Positions 8,583 to 15,538 of a DNA stretch of 64,000 bases are shown piece by piece. Source of the stretch: an uncultured Ruminococcus sp. (GTDB lineage Bacteria > Bacillota > Clostridia > Oscillospirales > CAG-382); the NCBI GenBank assembly GCA_964530795.1, contig CAZHBX010000002.1, forward strand, positions 28,719-92,718, given 5' to 3'. The notes below the pieces were generated by a model. The model had not been told where the DNA came from and made no database searches. It worked only from the letters and a program-made list of their open reading frames with translations. Every line of letters starts with the position of its first letter. Positions within the stretch are counted from its first letter, which is position 1. Made by a program: the position numbers and the translations under genes.

Positions 8583-9077
8583 ATGGCGAAGGTGATTCTG
8601 CTTTGCGGCAAACTGTGCTGCGGGAAAAGTACATATGCGTCGGCGATCTGCCGAGAGCACAGGGCAGTGACGCTTTCCATCGACGAGCTGATGCTCGCGC
8701 TGTTTGGGCCGTACACGGGCGAGCGGCACGACCTGTATGCGGCGAGGGCGGAGGCGTTCCTGCTCGGCAAGTCGGTGGAACTGGTGCAGGCCGGGCTGGA
8801 CGTCGTGCTGGATTGGGGCCCGTGGCAGAAAGAAAAGCGGGCGGAGATTCGTGCCTTTTATGCCGGGCGGGGCATCCCGTTCGAACTGCATTATCTAAAA
8901 ATTGACGACGCAACATGGCGTGCACGCATCGAAACGCGCAACCGCGCCGTGGCGCGGGGGAAATGCGGCGCCTACCCAGTCGACGGCAATTTGCTCACCA
9001 AATTCGAATCGCGATATGAACCGCCGGACCCGACGGAAGTGGACGTTTGGGTCCCGTGTAAGGAGGAACAAGCATGA
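8583..9077 (+). CDS. P-loop kinase / AAA_33-like ATP-binding protein
   Basis: 164 aa from ATG 8583. Walker A motif is LLCGKLCCGKST. The function assignment goes no further than P-loop NTPase/kinase fold. Confidence 0.6.
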   Translation: MAKVILLCGKLCCGKSTYASAICREHRAVTLSIDELMLALFGPYTGERHDLYAARAEAFLLGKSVELVQAGLDVVLDWGPWQKEKRAEIRAFYAGRGIPFELHYLKIDDATWRARIETRNRAVARGKCGAYPVDGNLLTKFESRYEPPDPTEVDVWVPCKEEQA

Positions 9078-9286
9078 AAATACGGATCAAGGACACGACG
9101 AGAGAAGAGCGGGAGGAAATCATCCGGCGCTCGCTGGACTGCGGCGGCGGGGGATGCGAGAACTGTTCGTCTTGCAGTCTTGGCGCGGGAGATCCGTTCG
9201 AGATGTATAAGGACTATATCGAGGGGAAACGGGAGTTGGCGGAAATCAACGCCTCCTTCCGCGCGAAGTATCAGCACGGATCGTAA
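9074..9286 (+). CDS. small Cys-motif protein (70 aa), function unknown
   Basis: An ATGA overlap with the upstream stop and an AGGAGG 7 nt upstream indicate translational coupling. The central motif is C-G-G-G-G-C-E-N-C-S-S-C (C-x4-C-x2-C-x2-C). Confidence 0.5.
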   Translation: MKIRIKDTTREEREEIIRRSLDCGGGGCENCSSCSLGAGDPFEMYKDYIEGKRELAEINASFRAKYQHGS

Positions 9287-9465
9287 AGAAACGGCAGGAA
9301 TCTTTTGATCGGCAGGAACATGAAACGAATGCGTTGTAAACGCGATCTGACGCAGGAAAAGGGAACCGGTCATCTCGGCGTTTCGCTCCAATCCGTAAGT
9401 TTGCGCGTCGGATCAATCCACATCGGCGCAATTAGAGGGCAGTCGGGGCAAAAACCGCAATGCGG

Positions 9466-9503
9466 CAAAGAAAACGGCGAAGCGCCGAACAGGAAGCTTC
9501 GCC
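9466..9503 (-). terminator. intrinsic terminator downstream of cotJC
   Basis: On the minus strand: GGCGAAGC-loop-GCTTCGCC followed by GTTTTCTTTG. Confidence 0.65.
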
Positions 9504-9522
9504 GTGCGTTCTTGGCAGGGGA

Positions 9523-10122
9523 TCAACGACAGTCGAATTCAGGGTTGAATGCGTAGAAGTTCTTGTAATCCAAATCGTCTTGGATCATTCGCATACATTC
9601 GCCGAAGCGTTGGAAGTGCACGATTTCGCGTTGGCGCAGGAATCGAATCGGGTCGCGGACGTCCGCGTCGTCGCAGAACCGTAGGATGTTGTCGTAGGTC
9701 GTGCGGGCTTTCTGTTCCGCGCCCATGTCCTCGGACAAATCGGTGATGGCGTCGCCCTTGGACTGAAACGTGTAAGCATCGTAGGGCACGCCGGCGGCGG
9801 ATACTGGGTATAGCCCGGAGGTATGGTCCACGAAATAGGCGTCAAAACCGGCTTCCTGCCACTCCTCCGGCGAGAGGTTGCGGGTCAGCTGGTAGACGAT
9901 CGCGCTGACCATTTCCATGTGCGCGAGTTCCTCGGTGCCGATGTCGGTCAGCGTGCCGATAACGTGAGAATTCGGCATCGTATAGCGCTGGGAGAGATAC
10001 CGCATGGAGGCGCCCAGCTCCCCGTCCGGGCCGCCGAACTGGGTGATGATCAGCTTGGCAAGCGCCGGGTTTGGGTTCTTGATATTAATTGGGTATTGCA
10101 GTTTCTTGTCATACGTCCACAT
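9523..10122 (-). CDS. cotJC: manganese-catalase-family spore coat protein CotJC
   Basis: 199 aa. MWTYDKKLQYPINIKNPNP..GGPDGELGASMRYLSQRY..EELAHMEM is the canonical CotJC / Mn-catalase signature. Confidence 0.9.
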   Translation of the reverse strand: MWTYDKKLQYPINIKNPNPALAKLIITQFGGPDGELGASMRYLSQRYTMPNSHVIGTLTDIGTEELAHMEMVSAIVYQLTRNLSPEEWQEAGFDAYFVDHTSGLYPVSAAGVPYDAYTFQSKGDAITDLSEDMGAEQKARTTYDNILRFCDDADVRDPIRFLRQREIVHFQRFGECMRMIQDDLDYKNFYAFNPEFDCR

Positions 10123-10390
10123 GGCAGTTGCCTCCTTCCTGATTCTGCCACGGCCAGAGTCCGCTTCCCCACGTCCAGCGGTCGCCGGTAACGCCGTTCG
10201 CGGTCAGCGGGCCGTAGGTCGCTTCGTACTGCGCGGTCAGTTCGCTGCATTTTTTGCGATAGGTTTGGTACATCGCGAAAGCCTTGCGGTTGTTCGGATG
10301 CGTGTCGAGATAAAGGACCAGTTCGTGCAGCGTAAAGCAGGCTTCCTGGATGCTCCGGAGCAGTGCGGACTGGTTGTCATTCTTGTTCAT
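10109..10390 (-). CDS. cotJB: spore coat protein CotJB
   Basis: 93 aa. LLRSIQEACFTLHELVLYLDTHPNN..A...Y matches the CotJB family. It overlaps cotJC. Confidence 0.85.
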   Translation of the reverse strand: MNKNDNQSALLRSIQEACFTLHELVLYLDTHPNNRKAFAMYQTYRKKCSELTAQYEATYGPLTANGVTGDRWTWGSGLWPWQNQEGGNCHVDV

Positions 10391-10581
10391 CTTTTTTTCG
10401 CCCCCACAAACGGAAAGTCCAGCGATTTGAAAAGCGTCCCGCGGGAGAGTGCGGTGGGCTCATCGTAAAGGTTTTGGAACGGCTGGTTTGGCACGTACGC
10501 CATGGCGAGAGAGATCTTTTCCGGGAAAGGACCGTTATCGGGCATGACAGCTTCCAGCGTTTCCTGGTCAAATTTTTCCAA
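10387..10581 (-). CDS. cotJA: spore coat-associated protein CotJA
   Basis: 64 aa. LAMAYVPNQPFQNLYDEPTALSRGTLFKSLDFPF matches the CotJA family. It overlaps cotJB by 4 nt. Confidence 0.8.
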   Translation of the reverse strand: MEKFDQETLEAVMPDNGPFPEKISLAMAYVPNQPFQNLYDEPTALSRGTLFKSLDFPFVGAKKR

Positions 10582-10683
10582 AACGGGAGATGCTCCTTTT
10601 TCCTGTTGGATTTGACAGAGCCTGTGTTTTTCTGTCCAATGTCAGCATATGGGGTTTCCTGTCGAAATGTGTAAGAGAATATG

Positions 10684-10707
10684 AAAAAACGCCGCACAGA
10701 GGCGGCG
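10684..10707 (-). terminator. second hairpin + T-run between carD-like gene and cotJ operon
   Basis: On the minus strand: CGCCGC-ctctgt-GCGGCG followed by TTTTTT. Confidence 0.55.
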
Positions 10708-10743
10708 GCTTCAGCCTGTTGAAAAAGGGTTTATCGATAATCT

Positions 10744-10769
10744 AAAACGACGGAATCCTCCGTCGTTTT
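10744..10769 (-). terminator. intrinsic terminator downstream of the CarD-family gene
   Basis: AAAACGACGG-6 nt-CCGTCGTTTT, 23 nt past the stop codon. Confidence 0.6.
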
Positions 10770-10791
10770 ATCGGCTTTCAGGGATTCCCCG

Positions 10792-11286
10792 TCACACCGG
10801 GGCGTTGTCTCGCAGACGTTCGTAAATTTCCTGCGGGGAGCGCTGCAAGACGATGGAAAGCTCCTGCGTGACCTGATCGAGGGCGGCGGCGGCAAACCGC
10901 TCGTCCATCGCGCCCGGACGCTTGCCCGTGCGGATCGCACTTTCCACCTTGCGGCGGAGGGTCTTGTATAGGCTGAGCATCTCGTGCGGGTCGTGCCGCG
11001 CGATGAGCGCGCGGTACTGGTCGGACAGGGCCTTCGAGTTGGTTCCCGCAAAGCTGCGGACGCGGATGGACGGGAAGTCCTCGAGCACCCGTTCGGCTTC
11101 CTCCGGCGTAATAAGCGCACGCATGAACACGGTGCTGTCCACCGGAACATAGGACGTCAGCCCGGAGGCAAGCCGGATGACATATACCTGTTGAACGCCC
11201 AGCATGGTGCTTTCCCGTTCGGTGATCGCATCGATCGTGCAAACACCGTTTCCTCCATAAATAATCTGTTGTCCTTGCCGAAACAT
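10792..11286 (-). CDS. CarD/CdnL-family RNA-polymerase-binding transcription regulator
   Basis: 164 aa. It has an N-terminal TRCF-RID-like domain (MFRQGQQIIYGGNGVCTIDAI..VYVIRL) and a helical C-terminal domain. Confidence 0.8.
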   Translation of the reverse strand: MFRQGQQIIYGGNGVCTIDAITERESTMLGVQQVYVIRLASGLTSYVPVDSTVFMRALITPEEAERVLEDFPSIRVRSFAGTNSKALSDQYRALIARHDPHEMLSLYKTLRRKVESAIRTGKRPGAMDERFAAAALDQVTQELSIVLQRSPQEIYERLRDNAPV

Positions 11287-11367
11287 ATTTTTCGCTTCTT
11301 TCTCATACCGCAGCGCAGGAAGGGCGTCCGTCCCGCGGACACCAACTTAAAAGAACACCTCTATTCC

Positions 11368-11396
11368 ATTTTAACCCTTTTACAACGATTTGTCAA
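11368..11396 (-). promoter_or_regulatory. sigma-A type promoter for the CarD-family gene
   Basis: On the minus strand: TTGACA, 17 nt, TAAAAT. Confidence 0.5.
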
Positions 11397-11510
11397 GCGA
11401 TTTTTTTACATTTTTTGTCCGAAAGTGCTAAATTTTGTCTGCAGAATTGACAAAACGGCCGTTCGAGTCTCAAAAATAACTTTCAAAATCAAAAAATCGT
11501 TCGAAACCTA

Positions 11511-11539
11511 TTGACAATCATTTGATTATGTGGTATTAT
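11511..11539 (+). promoter_or_regulatory. sigma-A type promoter for the YhiN-family gene
   Basis: TTGACA (11511-11516), 17 nt, TATTAT (11534-11539). Confidence 0.55.
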
Positions 11540-11569
11540 CTCATTGGGCCAAGAGGGGAGGGAACCTGC

Positions 11570-12829
11570 ATGGGCAAGCCGAAGGTGCTGGTGCTGGGCG
11601 GCGGCGCTGCCGGGCTGTTTGCCGCCATTGCCGCCGCGGAGGCGGGGGCGTCGGTCGCCCTGGCGGAGAAAAACCCGTTCTGCGGGAAGAAGCTCAACAT
11701 TACCGGCAAGGGGCGGTGCAACCTGACGAACGAGTGCGATCGGGACACGTTCCTCGCAAATGTTCCGGTCCATCCGCGCTTCCTGTATCGGGCGCTGACC
11801 GACTTTTCCCCGGCGGACACAATTACGTTCTTCGCGTCGCACGGCGTGCCGACCAAGACGGAGCGCGGGCGACGCGTATTCCCGGTTAGCGATTCCGCGC
11901 GGGACGTGACCGACTGCCTGACGCGAACGGCGCGAGAGCATGGGGTGCGAATCCTGCACTTTACGGGAACGTCGCTGGCGCTGAAGGAGACGGGCGGCGG
12001 ACCCGCTGTGTGCGGCTTGATCGGAAGGCGGACGGATGGCTCGAAGGCGGAAACGCTTTCCTGCGATCGGCTCATTCTTGCGACCGGCGGGGCGTCCTAT
12101 CCGGGGACCGGATCGACCGGGGACGGATATCGGCTTGCCGCGGAAGCGGGGCATATGGTGGTCCCGCCGAAGCCTTCGCTGGTGCCGCTGGAATCCGCCG
12201 ACCCGTTCTGCAAAGCCTGCATGGGGCTTTCCTTGCGCAACGTCGGCACGGCGTTCCTGCAGGGGAGCAAGGTGCTGTACGAGGAGCGGGGGGAACTGCT
12301 GTTCACCCATTTCGGGGTCAGCGGGCCGATCGTTCTTTCCGCATCGGCGCACCTGCGAAGCGGCTACCCAGTCACGCTGCGGTTGGATATGAAGCCCGCG
12401 CTGAATGAAAAGACGCTCGACCTGCGTCTACAGCGGGAGTTCGCATCGCATGGGAATCGGGACCTGCGCAACTGTATGAACCAGCTGCTCCCGGCGAAGA
12501 TGATCTTGCCTTTCCTCACCCGGCTCGGGTTCACCGGGGAGGAGAAGCCCCATTCCCTACCGCGGGAGGACCGCAAACGGCTGCGTGCGGGGCTGAAGTG
12601 TATCCAAATCGAGCTGAACGGCACCCGCCCGCTCGCGGAGGCGATCGTTACCAGCGGCGGGGTGTCCGTTGATGAGGTGGACCCAAAGACCATGGCGTCC
12701 CGCCTCGTGTCCGGGCTTTATTTTGCCGGGGAGCTGCTGGACGTTGACGCCTATACCGGCGGGTATAATCTGCAAATCGCGTTTGCGACCGGGCGGCTCG
12801 CGGGCCTTTCGGCGGCGTACGCGGAATGA
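11570..12829 (+). CDS. NAD(P)/FAD-dependent oxidoreductase, HI0933/YhiN (BaiN-like) family
   Basis: 419 aa from ATG 11570. Rossmann motif VLVLGGGAAGLFAAIAAAEAG. Family motifs GKKLNITGKGRCNLTN and a C-terminal GGYNLQ. Confidence 0.85.
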   Translation: MGKPKVLVLGGGAAGLFAAIAAAEAGASVALAEKNPFCGKKLNITGKGRCNLTNECDRDTFLANVPVHPRFLYRALTDFSPADTITFFASHGVPTKTERGRRVFPVSDSARDVTDCLTRTAREHGVRILHFTGTSLALKETGGGPAVCGLIGRRTDGSKAETLSCDRLILATGGASYPGTGSTGDGYRLAAEAGHMVVPPKPSLVPLESADPFCKACMGLSLRNVGTAFLQGSKVLYEERGELLFTHFGVSGPIVLSASAHLRSGYPVTLRLDMKPALNEKTLDLRLQREFASHGNRDLRNCMNQLLPAKMILPFLTRLGFTGEEKPHSLPREDRKRLRAGLKCIQIELNGTRPLAEAIVTSGGVSVDEVDPKTMASRLVSGLYFAGELLDVDAYTGGYNLQIAFATGRLAGLSAAYAE

Positions 12830-12872
12830 AAAATTCGACAAAAAGGTTTCATTTTGAAAGGAGAAAACAAGG

Positions 12873-13895
12873 ATGATAATTTTTGTATGCGGGCTGATCG
12901 CCATCGCGGTGCTGTACGTTTTGCTCGGCATCCGCAAGGAAAAGTATTCTTACAATGGGCAGGTTAAGGAGCACCTGACGTGGCGGCGCAGCAAGCGGCA
13001 GTGGTTTGCGCTGTGCGGGTTGGTCGTCATCGGGGCGGCCTGCATGAGCTCAGTCCCAACCGGCCACACTGGCATCGTCACCACGTTCGGCAAGGTGGAA
13101 AACTACACCTACGAAGCGGGCGTGCATTTCAAACTGCCGTGGCAGGAGGTCGTCCGCATGGATAACCGCAACCAGAAGGGCACTTTGCAGATGAGCTGCT
13201 TCTCAAGCGATATCCAGGAAGTGGACGTGGATTATTCCATCAACTACCAGATTGAAAAGAGCAACGCCCAGACAATCTACCGCTCCATTGGAGTGGACTA
13301 CTATGAAACCGTCATGGTGCCGCGCATCCAGGAGGCGGTCAAGAGCGTCATCGCGCAGTACACCGCCGACGAACTGGTCGAGCGCCGGGATGAACTGTCG
13401 AACAAGATTATGGACCTGCTGATAGAGGACCTCGCGACGTACAATATTCAGGTCGTGTCAACGGCGGTCGAGAATATTGACTTTACCGACGCGTTCACCG
13501 CGGCGGTCGAAGCCAAGCAGGTTGCCGCTCAGAACAAGCTGCAGGCGCAGATCGTGCAGGAGCAGGCGACGATGGAGGAGAGTGCGTCCGCGGAACGCAA
13601 GGTCATCGCGGCGGAGGCTGAAGCGGAGACGCAAAAGATTGAGGCCGAAGCGGAGGCGGAGATCCGTCGGATCGAGGCGGACGCTGCGGAATACGCGGGC
13701 CAGAAGGATGCGGCGATCAACGACGCGCTCGCCGATTCGCTGACCGAGGCGCTGCTGCAATACTACCTAATCGAGGGATGGGACGGCAAACTGCCGGAGA
13801 CCTACGTCGGGGAGGACGGTGCGCTGTCCATTCTTGACATCGCCGCCCTTGCGCAGAACGCGGCGAATTCCAGCGAGCCGGATCCTGCGGCGTGA
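12873..13895 (+). CDS. SPFH/band-7 (prohibitin/HflC-like) membrane protein
   Basis: 340 aa with an N-terminal TM segment, an SPFH core and an Ala/Glu-rich coiled-coil (AEAEAETQKIEAEAEAEIRRIEADAAEYAG). Confidence 0.8.
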   Translation: MIIFVCGLIAIAVLYVLLGIRKEKYSYNGQVKEHLTWRRSKRQWFALCGLVVIGAACMSSVPTGHTGIVTTFGKVENYTYEAGVHFKLPWQEVVRMDNRNQKGTLQMSCFSSDIQEVDVDYSINYQIEKSNAQTIYRSIGVDYYETVMVPRIQEAVKSVIAQYTADELVERRDELSNKIMDLLIEDLATYNIQVVSTAVENIDFTDAFTAAVEAKQVAAQNKLQAQIVQEQATMEESASAERKVIAAEAEAETQKIEAEAEAEIRRIEADAAEYAGQKDAAINDALADSLTEALLQYYLIEGWDGKLPETYVGEDGALSILDIAALAQNAANSSEPDPAA

Positions 13896-13902
13896 GGCAG
13901 CG

Positions 13903-14357
13903 ATGAAGATGAAACGGAAGGATTTTCTCGTGGTTTGACAGTTACGACATCCGCGATGAAACGGGTGGCACGGCGTTTGTCATCAAGGGGCAGCTCGCGT
14001 GGGGGCTTACTTGAAGAGTTTCGACGCAGGTGGCCGCGAGTGCGGGACGGCCTTGGAAAAGGTGCTTACGTTCCTGCCGCAGTTTGAACTCTACGTCGGC
14101 CGTATATCCGCCGGGAATTTACGTTCTTTTATCCCCGGTACGACATCGACTGCAACGGCCAGCACGTCGAGGGAAACATTTTCGAGTGGGATTACACCAT
14201 CTATGCCCTGGATGGCCGGGTGGCGGCGGCGGTCTCCAAGGAGCTGTTCCATTGGGCGGACACGTATACGATGGACGTGGCGGATCCGCGGGACGCGTTG
14301 TGCGTGCTGATGTTTGTGTTGGCGTTTGACGCGGAGAAGTGCTCCCGGAACGATTGA
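13903..14357 (+). pseudogene. LURP-one-related / YxjI (DUF567) family gene disrupted by about 3 frameshifts
   Basis: Family-like peptide is spread over three frames. Frame pieces: MKMKRK.. / ..FSWFDSYDIRDETGGTAFVIKGQLAWGLT* / KSFDAGGRECGTALEKVLTFLPQFELYVGRISAGNL / FYPRYDIDCNGQHVEGNIFEWDYTIYALDGRVAAAVSKELFHWADTYTMDVADPRDALCVLMFVLAFDAEKCSRND*. Confidence 0.65.
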
Positions 14358-14413
14358 CGATGTTCCGGATTGGCGGGCGGACGGCCCCGATGAAGAATGC
14401 GCTTCGGCCAATT

Positions 14414-14725
14414 TCAACGGAAACGGAATGAAATGACGGACGGCCCCGACGTGGGGGACCGTCCGTCGATTTCTGTCTTTTCTTTGCCAGCGGGGCGCAC
14501 GATGCTGTGCGGCCCGGCCCGTCTGCGCGGGCGGCCGGACCCGAACGTCTCCAACACGGCGCACACCTTCTCCGGCGCGCACACCAGTGCGCTTCTGCGG
14601 TTGCGCGGAGGGCGAAGATTGAGCGGAGACAAATGCTTGGCGATGACGTCCTTTTCCCGTTTGGGCAGCTCGAAATCCCGGCAGGCGTTTTCCAGCGCAC
14701 AGGCGGCTCCTTTTGCGTTCGGCAT
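14414..14725 (-). pseudogene. C-terminal remnant of a small HD-domain phosphohydrolase (degenerate motifs)
   Basis: MPNAKGAACALENACRDFELPKREKDVIAKHLSPLNLRPP...APEKVCAVLE resembles the ...ALxNAxxDFxLxxxExDIIxxHMWPL..PP....ADKxCAxxE C-terminus of roughly 165-aa HD hydrolases (family recalled from memory). The N-terminal HD half is absent. The tail runs through a terminator hairpin. A good RBS is retained. Confidence 0.4.
14435..14485 (+). terminator. strong hairpin + T-rich tail (possibly bidirectional)
   Basis: GACGGACGGCCCC-gacgt-GGGGGACCGTCCGTC followed by GATTTCTGTCTTTTCTTT. It lies inside the 3' tail of the minus-strand remnant ORF. Confidence 0.55.
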
Positions 14726-14899
14726 GTGGGATTCTCCTTTCGTCGCTTGTTCTTTCTTCAGCGTATACCGTTTTGCGACGTTCGTCAACCGATTGACCGA
14801 AAATTTTCGAGAATTGATAAAGTCTTGTTAGATTGTTGAGGAACATTTGCAAATAAATTGTGCATGTCGCACAAATCGGAAAATTTTTTAAAAAGCCCC

Positions 14900-14928
14900 T
14901 TGACAAACCCGCCCGGGCGGAGTATAGT
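14900..14928 (+). promoter_or_regulatory. sigma-A type promoter of the feo operon
   Basis: TTGACA (14900-14905), 17 nt, TATAGT (14923-14928). Confidence 0.6.
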
Positions 14929-14935
14929 ATTAGTA

Positions 14936-14951
14936 GTTAGCGATGACTAAC
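14936..14951. promoter_or_regulatory. palindromic box GTTAGC-GATG-ACTAAC just downstream of the feo -10 (candidate metalloregulator operator)
   Basis: Read directly from the sequence. A near-identical box occurs at 15492-15507. Confidence 0.45.
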
Positions 14952-14987
14952 TTTCAGTTTTGAGGAAGGCAAGGAAAACACGCAGAT

Positions 14988-15200
14988 ATGATGCCGCTGA
15001 TATTCGCTGATGTCGGCGAGGAAATGATTATTAAGAAGGTGGGCGGAAGCCCGGAAGTCAAGAAGCATCTGGAAACGCTCGGGTTCGTTGTTGGCGGGAG
15101 CGTGACCATCATCAACGCAATTGGCGGGAATGTGATCGTTAACGTCAAGGATTCCCGCATCGCGATCAGCGAACAGATGGCTCGGAAAATCATGGTTTGA
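14988..15200 (+). CDS. feoA: FeoA-family protein
   Basis: 70 aa SH3-like FeoA (..IIKKVGGSPEVKKHLETLGFVVGGSVTII..). Confidence 0.85.
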   Translation: MMPLIFADVGEEMIIKKVGGSPEVKKHLETLGFVVGGSVTIINAIGGNVIVNVKDSRIAISEQMARKIMV

Positions 15201-15220
15201 AGAACAGGAGGGAATGGCAG

Positions 15221-15442
15221 ATGAAAACACTCAGGGAGGCCTCGATCGGGGATACGGTCCGTGTCGTCCGACTCCATGGAGAGGGCGCGGTAAAGCGCCG
15301 GATCATGGACATGGGAATCACGCGGGGCGTGGAGATCACCGTGCGCAAGGTTGCGCCGCTGGGGGATCCGATCGAAGTAACCGTGCGGGGGTACGAATTG
15401 TCCCTGCGTAAGGCGGACGCGGAGACGATTGAGGTTGAGTAG
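15221..15442 (+). CDS. feoA: FeoA-family protein (second copy)
   Basis: 73 aa from ATG 15221, with RBS AGGAGGG. The sequence LREASIGDTVRVVRLHGEGAVKRRIMDMGITRGVEITV is typical of FeoA. Confidence 0.85.
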   Translation: MKTLREASIGDTVRVVRLHGEGAVKRRIMDMGITRGVEITVRKVAPLGDPIEVTVRGYELSLRKADAETIEVE

Positions 15443-15481
15443 GGCCGGCAAACTTCCGGGACGCGGGCTCCGGCGATTTTT

Positions 15482-15507
15482 CTAACCGATGGTTAGCGAA
15501 TGCTAAC
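15482..15507. promoter_or_regulatory. overlapping palindromes CTAACC-GAT-GGTTAG and GTTAGC-GAAT-GCTAAC in the feoA-feoB spacer
   Basis: Read directly from the sequence. It shares the GTTAGC..CTAAC core with the box at 14936-14951. Confidence 0.45.
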
Positions 15508-15538
15508 GGCTCTGAAAACAGGAAAGAGAGGAAGGCAT

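Noticed and set aside
9305-9556. 83-aa ORF whose start (MKRMRCKRDLTQEKGTGHLGVSLQSVS...) loosely resembles an XRE-type helix-turn-helix.
   Set aside because: The HTH pattern degenerates after about 25 residues. The ORF runs through the cotJC terminator and into the cotJC coding region on the opposite strand. At best it is a decayed relic.
10582-10683. Sporulation sigma-factor (sigma-E/sigma-K) promoter for cotJABC (CATATTC ... CCATATGCT).
   Set aside because: Spacings between candidate -35 and -10 elements (19-24 nt) do not fit the consensus geometries I know. It is left unannotated.
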